A stretch of DNA of 13,324 nucleotides from Fidelibacterota bacterium. GTDB taxonomy: Bacteria > Fidelibacterota > Marinisomatia > Marinisomatales > TCS56. The stretch lies in NCBI GenBank assembly GCA_043822705.1, contig JBDRBK010000071.1, positions 1-13,324 on the forward strand, read 5' to 3'. The notes below the pieces were generated by a model. The model did not search any database and was not told the origin of the DNA. It was given only the letters and a program-made list of their open reading frames with translations. Every line of letters begins with the position of its first letter. Position 1 is the stretch's first letter. The position numbers and the translations under genes are program-made. Of this stretch, positions 6,779 through 13,324 are shown piece by piece.

Positions 6779-8284
6779 ATGTTGAAAAAGAAAGATTCAA
6801 GAAAAGACCCAAAAGAGTACATGGAACTAGCCGTTGAGGTTATGAAAGAATCAATTCCTGAACGGAAGAAAAACGATCCAAGCCCTTATGTTGGAGCAGT
6901 ACTTGTTTTTCCAGACGGAACAGTGGAAACTGCTTACAGAGGGGAACTACGGGAAGGTGATCATGCCGAATATACCCTGCTCGATAAAAAGAACCAACAT
7001 AAGGAACTTTCTGATTGCTGGCTTTTTGTTACACTGGAACCCTGCGCCCCCGGAGCCAGGAACGAACCTAAAGTAAGCTGTGCTGAACGAATTGTCAACG
7101 CAAGAATTTCAGAGGTGTGGTTTGGTATTGAAGATAAAAACCCCACTATTGATCATGCAGGAATTGAACACCTGATTGAAAACGGAGCAAAGGTACATCA
7201 ATTTTCCCCCGAGTTTCATAAGGAGATCGAAGAAATAAACAAGGAATTCATGAAATGGGCTAACATAAAAAACAATGAAGCTAAAGCAAAGATACAAGCC
7301 CCTGACCATTTAGATAAGCGTGCAATAGCCACCAACATGGACAGCTTATCAGAAGAAGCCCTTCAAAAATTCATAACTGAATCTGGAAGAAACAGCACTC
7401 CGAGATCCAAAGAATTCCTGCAGGAACTCAAGGAAATGGATTTATTAGAGTATAGTGAAAAAACTAAAAACTATTTACCTACAGGAAATGCCATACTTCT
7501 CTTTGGCAAAAACCCAAGAAATAAATTCCCACAATCATCTGTAAAAGCAAAAGTCCAGTATCCTGACGGGAAAACGGGTACTGCAACTTTTGATGATGCG
7601 CTGGTATTAGTTCCTGATAAAGTTGAGGAATGGTTACTTAAAGTGTTGCCGGCAAGTATTGACCGTAAACAGTTTAAAGCTAGGCAGGTCCCTTCCTTCC
7701 CGGTTGAGGTAGTCAGAGAAGCTATAATTAATGCCATTGCCCACCGAGATTATGCCAAAGGCGGTGCAAAAGTACAGTTGGATATATTCAACGATAGAAT
7801 TTCAGTTAAAAGCCCTGGTGAACCAGTTCCACCGATTACTATTGAGGCAATGAAGAACTTTACAGCTACTTCCTACAGCCGTAATAAAAAACTAACCTAT
7901 ATTTTCAATGAAATGGATTACATGGAGGAAACAGCTATTGGCATGGAAACTTATAAATCAATCCGTGAAAAATACCAATTACCCCTTCCGATTATTGATT
8001 TTGATGGGCTTAATGTAGTGGTAACATTTCCGAGAACTATTGAGGCTGTTAAAAAAATTGGCGGCGAGGCTATCAGTATGCTTACAGAGGCTCAAATAAT
8101 AGGGTATGAGTGGCTCAATGCAATTGGTGAAGCGAGTACCCGTGAATATTCTGCTCATTTCAATATCGGGTATAAAACAGCTCAAAGACACTTGGCAAGA
8201 ATGAAAGAACTTCACCTCATTAGCGATAATGGAGAAAATAGTAATTCGCCTAATTACAGGTACGTTGTTATTAACGTTAAATAG
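6779..8284 (+). CDS. Fusion: RibD-like Zn-dependent deaminase + HATPase_c_4 ('RecG C-terminal') domain + winged HTH
   Basis: N-terminal PSPYVGAVLV, HAE (aa 62-64), VTLEPC-x11-C; central NAILLFGKNP, FPVEVVREAIINAIAHRDY, IFNDRISVKSPG, SYSRN; C-terminal STREYSAHFNIGYKTAQRHLARMKELHLI...YRY wHTH. Confidence 0.88.
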   Translation: MLKKKDSRKDPKEYMELAVEVMKESIPERKKNDPSPYVGAVLVFPDGTVETAYRGELREGDHAEYTLLDKKNQHKELSDCWLFVTLEPCAPGARNEPKVSCAERIVNARISEVWFGIEDKNPTIDHAGIEHLIENGAKVHQFSPEFHKEIEEINKEFMKWANIKNNEAKAKIQAPDHLDKRAIATNMDSLSEEALQKFITESGRNSTPRSKEFLQELKEMDLLEYSEKTKNYLPTGNAILLFGKNPRNKFPQSSVKAKVQYPDGKTGTATFDDALVLVPDKVEEWLLKVLPASIDRKQFKARQVPSFPVEVVREAIINAIAHRDYAKGGAKVQLDIFNDRISVKSPGEPVPPITIEAMKNFTATSYSRNKKLTYIFNEMDYMEETAIGMETYKSIREKYQLPLPIIDFDGLNVVVTFPRTIEAVKKIGGEAISMLTEAQIIGYEWLNAIGEASTREYSAHFNIGYKTAQRHLARMKELHLISDNGENSNSPNYRYVVINVK

Positions 8285-8286
8285 CA

Positions 8287-8377
8287 TGGACAGGCACATG
8301 GACAAGATGTCCAAGCTGTTGATTATATATAAAAGGACATAGCAAGGTTGGACATAGAGTTGGACATTGTGTCCAAG
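8287..8377. repeat. Duplicated module TGGACA-N6-TGGACA-N3-TGTCCAAG (2 copies 62 bp apart) plus one extra GGACAT
   Basis: TGGACA at 8287, 8299, 8349, 8361; TGTCCAAG at 8308, 8370; GGACAT at 8335. Confidence 0.9.
8312..8324 (-). promoter_or_regulatory. IHF-consensus binding site
   Basis: Minus strand AATCAA-CAGC-TTG exactly matches WATCAA-N4-TTR, next to an AT tract (atatataaaa), at the end of the first repeat module. Confidence 0.55.
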
Positions 8378-8400
8378 TACAAATAATAAAAAGCACAATA

Positions 8401-8462
8401 CTCCAACAATGGCTATGAATCACAGTGCTATGCACCGCACTTCAAAGCCAGGTCTTTTAGCA
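8401..8462 (+). other. Degenerate attC-like imperfect hairpin
   Basis: CTCCAAC-aat-GGCTATGAA ... GTGC-tat-GCAC ... TTCAAAGCC-aggtct-TTTAGCA; outer arms pair 8/9; the expected terminal GTT reads TTT. Confidence 0.4.
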
Positions 8463-8514
8463 ACTGCTCTCACTCAAATATAATCGTCTTCTTGACATAT
8501 ATCAGTATCCGGTG

Positions 8515-8856
8515 TCAGCGGTACCTGCCGTATTGCCGGGTCCAGCCGTCGGCAATCGCCAGAAATTCAGCATAGCCGTTGGTGCGGATGAACTCCAGCG
8601 CCTGGCGGTATTTTTGGTACTTGTAGCCGTTCTTCCCCAGAAAGCTGTTCAGCGCCGCGCAGGACTGGTATTCGCCGCAATCGGCGCAGGAAGCCAACGC
8701 TTTGGTCAGACAGCAGACCTTCATCCGACAGCGTGCCTTGGACAGGTCGCGGCTGCCGTCGGCATAGCCCAGCTTGCAACCCCGGCAGCGGCCCTCCCGC
8801 AGTTCGGGGCAGCGGCCGCAATAGGCGCCGCAGCAGCCGATGGCTTCGATACTCAT
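8515..8856 (-). CDS. DUF3795 domain-containing Cys-rich protein
   Basis: GCCGAYCGRC, CRGCK, CRMKVCC, SCADCGEY..C pattern typical of DUF3795. Confidence 0.85.
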   Translation of the reverse strand: MSIEAIGCCGAYCGRCPELREGRCRGCKLGYADGSRDLSKARCRMKVCCLTKALASCADCGEYQSCAALNSFLGKNGYKYQKYRQALEFIRTNGYAEFLAIADGWTRQYGRYR

Positions 8857-8866
8857 CTCAACACCC

Positions 8867-9205
8867 CTAATAAGTGTTCCCGGCCCCCAGTTTTTCCTGC
8901 CAGATTGCCTGCAGTTCCTTCAGGTCGTCGCCGAACCGGCTGGCGCTCTGGTCGTCCTTCATTTCCAGCTCTTCCAGGATTTCGAAGGTAAAGGCCTGCG
9001 GGCCGTGCTGCTTCCAGTCGTTGCGCAGTTTGAAATACAGGCAGGTGCCGGTTTCCACCGAGAATTTGAAGCGGTTCTGCAGCCCGGCCAGATTGCTGCC
9101 GTTGCCCAGCAGGTATTTGCCGTTGGCGGTATTGGTGATCCGGTAGACGCCGCCGGAAATTTTGCGCTGCTTGTATTCATTGATCAGTTGTCGTTTACGG
9201 TCCAT
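8867..9205 (-). CDS. Small GIY-YIG nuclease-family protein (LuxR-associated-like subtype)
   Basis: MDRKRQLINEYKQ...GGVYRITNTANGKYLLG...NRFKF...L.NDWKQHG..AFTFEILEEL. Confidence 0.85.
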   Translation of the reverse strand: MDRKRQLINEYKQRKISGGVYRITNTANGKYLLGNGSNLAGLQNRFKFSVETGTCLYFKLRNDWKQHGPQAFTFEILEELEMKDDQSASRFGDDLKELQAIWQEKLGAGNTY

Positions 9206-9220
9206 ATTTTTAAGTGCCGC

Positions 9221-11587
9221 TTATTTCAGGTACAACAGTTTGCCGCTGCGCACCGTCGTCACATCCGCGCTGCGGAATTCGGCCCGGTACAGGTAAACGC
9301 CGGCGGCGGCTCCCCGGGCCTCCCAGGTGATGGTTTTCTGCTGGGGAAATTCACTGGTCCAGTCGAACGCCTGCAGCTCACGCCCCCGAACATCGAAAAT
9401 ACGCAGGCGGACCGCGCCCGCCCGGGGCAGGTCCAGCGCCAGGCTGACCCGGCCGTTAAAGGGATTGGGCCAGGCCGTGACCTGGAACGCCCGCGGCAGG
9501 ATTGCATCGGTCACCCCCAAACTGCTGTTGGCGGCCCCCGGCGAGGGCGTCATGAACTGCCAGTCGTCGCCGCCGTCGGGGTAGCGGCCGAAGGCCACAT
9601 CAGTGGTCTGCTCCCCGAACGACAGGCTGTCGATGACGGTGACGCCGTCGCTGTCCACCAGGGCGATATATTCGCCGCTGGCCCCCAGCTTGAAGGTGGC
9701 GTGCAGCGGCCCCTCCGTCGGTTCATCGTCGGCCCAGATCACCAGGTAACCGCCGGCCGCCAGTCCCACCCCACCAAAAGGAAATCGCCATTTGGTCAGC
9801 GACCCGGCATTATCGGTCAGGTACATGCCGCTGAGAAAAACCTCTTGGTCGCCGGCATTATAAATCTCGATCCAGTCGTCGTAGTCGCCAACTTCGTCGG
9901 CGTGGATATTGTCATTATCGGCCATGAATTCGTTGATCACCAGTCCGCTGGTGCTGCTGCCGGAGGCCTGCAGCACGATCGGCGCCAGCCGCGGACTGCT
10001 GTCGGTGAGGTTGTTGACATCGCGGGCCTGAACGCTGAAACAGCCGTTGCCGCCGGGGCCCAGGGGCGGTAGCTTACCGACCCAGCGATCGGCCTGCTCC
10101 ACCAGGCTGGTGCCGGCCACGGGCAGGAATTCCATGGGGTAAACTTCCTGGAAGCCGCAGAAGTCATGCTGGTAGTAAAGGGCCACCTCGCTGATCGGCA
10201 GGGCACCGCTGACGGCGGCGGTCACGGTGATCGAGTCGGCGGGTCCGGGCTGGCGCGGCTGCCAGTCGATGGCATAGACCAGCGGCGGCGCGGTGTGCCA
10301 AGTCAACTGGGTTTTCAAACTGTTGTAGCGCAGATTGACGAATTCTTTTAAACCATATTCAACGTGGGGGTTGTTTATATGACTGTCATCGTAATGATCG
10401 GCGGTATAAGAATTATTAAAATCATCCATCGTATAACCCCAATCATAGGTCCGGTATAAATCCTCCTCGACAGCAGTATAAATCCGATTTTTCAAAGTAT
10501 CAATACGGTCTTCCCAGATACTGAGTTTGAAAACACTCTCATTGTAGAATTTCAGATAATGAGTAAACAGGTTGCGATACTGAGCGTTGTTCAACAGACG
10601 CGTAGTCAGGGGTCGTAGTCCATCATCATTGCGGGGAAAATCATAGGGATCAACATTTGCCCAATCCGGGCCAACCCAATCAACGCCCAGGGTGTTGTCA
10701 TAATCGTAGGGGATCAGGTGCATTTTACCGCTACCCGGATCGTTGTAGAGATAATAATTATTCTTCAGGTAGCGGTAATCGTCCCAGCTGCCGAACAGAA
10801 TGTTGAGGGCGAAATATTTCAGCGCCGCCGGCACGTCCAGCAGCGTTTCCAGGGAATCGGCCAGCTGGTTGTCGGGGGTAAATTCCAATACACTGATCAG
10901 CCGCGCCAGGGCGGAAAAATCATTTTCGGTTTCGTTGGTCTTCAGTTCGTACACCGGCCGGTCGCCGCTGTACAGCTTGTACAGGTCCGGGTCGGCGCCC
11001 AGGTAAGCCAGGTCCGCCGGCCACAGGCATTTCCAGAGATTGCCCGAGTCGTCGGTGAAATTCTTCTCCAGGAATTCGTCGTCCACATGTTCCACGGAAA
11101 TATACAGGCCGTAATATTCGCCATTGATGTAAACCCGGGCATGGGCGGCGCGGCTGGCGGTGACGCCGGCATCCTGAAACAGATCCCAGCACAATTTGGA
11201 GCGGATGATCGACGGATCGTTGTGCTCGCCATTCAGGTTGAGCTTGTCAACGCCGTGGAATTCCCGGCCCGACACAAAATAATTGAATGACACTTTGAAT
11301 GATTTCTTAGCCGATACCCGCGATGTATTTCCGCGAATTCGGAAGCCGATCGAATCCACCATTTCGTCGATCCAGGCATTCACGAAGCGGAAAGTGGCAT
11401 AGTGCAGGGAATCGCTCTGTAGATTTTCAGTGGCGTAAATCCAATCCAGCTTCTGCTGGTCGATGGTGATATATACTTCCGCCATCTGCGAATCATCGTA
11501 CAGCATCCAGCTATCGTCGGCTGGTAACAGGCCGGCCGTCAGCAGCAGCACCGTAACTGCGATGCGATTATTCCACGACTGTCTCAT
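9221..11587 (-). CDS. Secreted CotH kinase-family protein with lamin tail domain and PNPFN-type (T9SS/FlgD-like) C-terminal domain
   Basis: Signal peptide; IGFRIRGNTSR...KKSFKVSF, NGEHNDPSIIR, YYGLYISVEHVD, SWDDY..KNNYYLY, IPYDYDNTLG (CotH); LVINEFMADN..DDWIEIYN (LTD); AWPNPFN...IFDVRGR...AGVYLYR..KLLYLK (CTD). Start set at ATG 11587 after an AAGGAG RBS. Confidence 0.92.
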   Translation of the reverse strand: MRQSWNNRIAVTVLLLTAGLLPADDSWMLYDDSQMAEVYITIDQQKLDWIYATENLQSDSLHYATFRFVNAWIDEMVDSIGFRIRGNTSRVSAKKSFKVSFNYFVSGREFHGVDKLNLNGEHNDPSIIRSKLCWDLFQDAGVTASRAAHARVYINGEYYGLYISVEHVDDEFLEKNFTDDSGNLWKCLWPADLAYLGADPDLYKLYSGDRPVYELKTNETENDFSALARLISVLEFTPDNQLADSLETLLDVPAALKYFALNILFGSWDDYRYLKNNYYLYNDPGSGKMHLIPYDYDNTLGVDWVGPDWANVDPYDFPRNDDGLRPLTTRLLNNAQYRNLFTHYLKFYNESVFKLSIWEDRIDTLKNRIYTAVEEDLYRTYDWGYTMDDFNNSYTADHYDDSHINNPHVEYGLKEFVNLRYNSLKTQLTWHTAPPLVYAIDWQPRQPGPADSITVTAAVSGALPISEVALYYQHDFCGFQEVYPMEFLPVAGTSLVEQADRWVGKLPPLGPGGNGCFSVQARDVNNLTDSSPRLAPIVLQASGSSTSGLVINEFMADNDNIHADEVGDYDDWIEIYNAGDQEVFLSGMYLTDNAGSLTKWRFPFGGVGLAAGGYLVIWADDEPTEGPLHATFKLGASGEYIALVDSDGVTVIDSLSFGEQTTDVAFGRYPDGGDDWQFMTPSPGAANSSLGVTDAILPRAFQVTAWPNPFNGRVSLALDLPRAGAVRLRIFDVRGRELQAFDWTSEFPQQKTITWEARGAAAGVYLYRAEFRSADVTTVRSGKLLYLK

Positions 11588-11631
11588 ACCCGAAGCTCCT
11601 TCCCTGCTGGCCCGGCCGCAACCGGTCCGGT

Positions 11632-13324
11632 TCAATTCAAAATAACAATGCGATGTCCGTAAGCCGGTAGCGTCAATTCCAGTTGCCGGTTCGCAATCTG
11701 CATCGTTTCATCATTCAGCAGATCGACGGCTCCGGTTGCCGGGAACGGCAAATCAACAGTCACGGTCCGCTCCCCGGCGCTCTGGTTGAAGGCGACGATT
11801 ATCCGCTCATCAAAATAAATCCGGCCGAAAACCAGCAGCGGTCCATCCACCAACAGCGGTATGTAATCGCCGATCGACAACGCCGGGTACTGACGGCGCA
11901 GCCGGGTAAGGGCGGCGATCCGGGCCAGGGTGATTTTTTCCGGGGCGGTCAATTCACCGGCGAAGCGCAGCGGCCGGCGGTTATCGGGGTCGGCGGCGCC
12001 CATCAGGCCGATCTCCTCGCCGTAGTAAATCACCGGCACACCGGGAATAGCCAGATTGAAAGCGGTGAAATTCACCAGTTTGTCATAACTGCTGCCGTTC
12101 CGCACCGCGCCCGGCGGATCGTTGAAAGCCCGTTCGGTGCCGTTGTCGCCGAAGGACATCTGGCCGTCGGCAAAGCCCATGAAGCGCACCTGGTCGTGGC
12201 TGGAGGTCAGGTTGCCCATCAGATTCACCGGACCGAAAATATCGCGGTTATCCTGGAGGATATTTGCCAGGTAGCCGAAGTCGGCCTGGTCGGCGCTGAA
12301 GGGTCCGCGGGCGTTGAAATAGATCGCGAAATTGAACTGGGAATTCAGTTCGCCAGGATTGACATAGCTCTTGATCAGTTCATCGGAACCAAAACTCTCG
12401 CCGATCTGGTAAAAGTCCCGCTCCGGGAAGCGGGTTTTCATGGCCGCCGTCAGTTTTTTCCAGAATGTGTGGGGCACGTGCTTGACCGCATCCTGGCGGA
12501 AGCCGTCGAAATTGAAAGTCTCCAGCCACCACAGGGCGTCTTCTACGACCTGGTCCTCGGCCGCCGGCGCCGCCGGATAATCGAAAGAGGGGATGAATTC
12601 ATCGAACCAGGTCGTCAGGCGGGTCTCATTGCTCCAGTTGCGGATATTGACCGTGCCGTCCGGCAAATACATCGAGCCAAACCACTCGGGATGGCTCTGG
12701 CAGTACTCGTGCTCCTCATGGACATGGTTGGACACGAAATCAAGGATCACCCTGATGTCCTGCTCATGGGCCAGTTCCACCAGCCGGCGCAGTTCACCGG
12801 CGCTGCCGAAGCGGGGATCGACTTCCCGCGCCCGGACCGGCCAGTAGCCGTGGTAACCAGTAAATTTGCGGTTGGGCGGGATCGATTCCACGTAGGCCCC
12901 TTCGGGCTGGCGGGAAACCGGCGATATCCAGATCGCGTTGATCCCCAGATCGCGGAAGTAGCCCTCTTCCAGTTTGGCGTTGATCCCGGCGATGTCGCCA
13001 CCGTGAAAATCAGCCAGCGGATGCAGATCGGCATCGCCGGCTTTGCTGGTATTGACCGGATCGCCGTCCAGGAAACGATCGACCATCAGGCTGTACAGCA
13101 CCGCGAAGTGCCAGTCATCCGGTTCAGCGTTGCAGTCAAGCAGTCGGCCGTTTTTAATAATGGTCTGGTTTTCCGGAATCACCCGGCCGGCGCCATCCAG
13201 GCCGCTGATGCGCAGCAGACCCTGCTCCCAGCCGGACACATTCACTACCACGCTGCCATCCGGTTTTTGATCCACTTCCTGGTCGGTGAGCAACGTGTTG
13301 TCCACCAGCACCTGCAGCAGGGCC
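11632..13324 (-). CDS. Alpha-amylase family glycoside hydrolase (GH13); 5' end lies outside the window
   Basis: FHGGDIAGI, GINAIWISP, YHGYW, conserved regions DFVSNH, GFRQDAVKHV, IGE, SSHDQVR, PGVPVIYYGEEIG; frame is open to the window edge. Confidence 0.95.
   Translation of the reverse strand, partial: ALLQVLVDNTLLTDQEVDQKPDGSVVVNVSGWEQGLLRISGLDGAGRVIPENQTIIKNGRLLDCNAEPDDWHFAVLYSLMVDRFLDGDPVNTSKAGDADLHPLADFHGGDIAGINAKLEEGYFRDLGINAIWISPVSRQPEGAYVESIPPNRKFTGYHGYWPVRAREVDPRFGSAGELRRLVELAHEQDIRVILDFVSNHVHEEHEYCQSHPEWFGSMYLPDGTVNIRNWSNETRLTTWFDEFIPSFDYPAAPAAEDQVVEDALWWLETFNFDGFRQDAVKHVPHTFWKKLTAAMKTRFPERDFYQIGESFGSDELIKSYVNPGELNSQFNFAIYFNARGPFSADQADFGYLANILQDNRDIFGPVNLMGNLTSSHDQVRFMGFADGQMSFGDNGTERAFNDPPGAVRNGSSYDKLVNFTAFNLAIPGVPVIYYGEEIGLMGAADPDNRRPLRFAGELTAPEKITLARIAALTRLRRQYPALSIGDYIPLLVDGPLLVFGRIYFDERIIVAFNQSAGERTVTVDLPFPATGAVDLLNDETMQIANRQLELTLPAYGHRIVILN

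Larger units (their letters stand above)
6744..8462 (+). mobile_element. AT-rich single-gene insertion resembling an isolated integron-type gene cassette
   Basis: Sampled 60-nt lines are 35-40% GC by hand count against GC-rich flanks; GTTGGAG (6744-6750) complements CTCCAAC (8401-8407), which begins an imperfect hairpin. No integrase in the window. Confidence 0.4.

Noticed and set aside
6779..7260. ribD (riboflavin biosynthesis) call
   Set aside because: No reductase domain or rib operon context, a longer PC..C spacer than typical RibD, and fusion to an unrelated module in an AT-rich island.
7260..8284. RecG helicase call
   Set aside because: No Walker A/DExH SF2 motifs; 'RecG C-terminal' is only the database name of the HATPase_c_4 family.
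7979..8398. 139-aa minus-strand ORF
   Set aside because: Antisense to the wHTH coding region and the repeat module; looks like a shadow ORF.
8492..8497. TTGACA as a sigma70 -35 box
   Set aside because: No -10 hexamer at 16-18 nt spacing, and it would point antisense into the DUF3795 gene.
8840..10072. 410-aa plus-strand ORF
   Set aside because: Antisense to three well-supported minus-strand genes; no recognisable motifs.
11588..11635. N-terminal extension of CotH to 11635
   Set aside because: ATG 11587 has an AAGGAG RBS and begins the signal peptide.

Overview
Bacterial chromosomal window, mostly GC-rich, probably from an FCB-group organism (inferred from a PNPFN-type C-terminal sorting domain). 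Left (- strand): a GT4 glycosyltransferase and a TPR/GT9-like glycosyltransferase, coupled by a GTGA overlap. A consensus sigma54 promoter lies upstream of the pair and a consensus sigma28 promoter downstream, suggesting a flagellar glycosylation locus. Middle (+ strand): hypothetical protein, DUF6125 protein, Cys-rich lipoprotein, a 22-bp palindromic tandem array, a cupin and a DJ-1/PfpI protein. Next is an AT-rich single-gene island (~6600-8510) encoding a RibD-like Zn-deaminase fused to a HATPase_c_4 ('RecG C-terminal') domain and a winged HTH. The deaminase sits where a Schlafen/AlbA_2 domain usually is. This gene is followed by a duplicated TGGACA repeat module with a perfect IHF consensus and an attC-like hairpin whose CTCCAAC end complements GTTGGAG upstream of the gene. 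It is the best candidate for an undescribed mobile defence/toxin module. Right (- strand): DUF3795 protein, GIY-YIG-like protein, secreted CotH kinase-lamin tail-CTD protein (with an internal AT-rich patch) and a GH13 alpha-amylase running off the window edge. All family calls come from motif recognition by eye; no searches were run.
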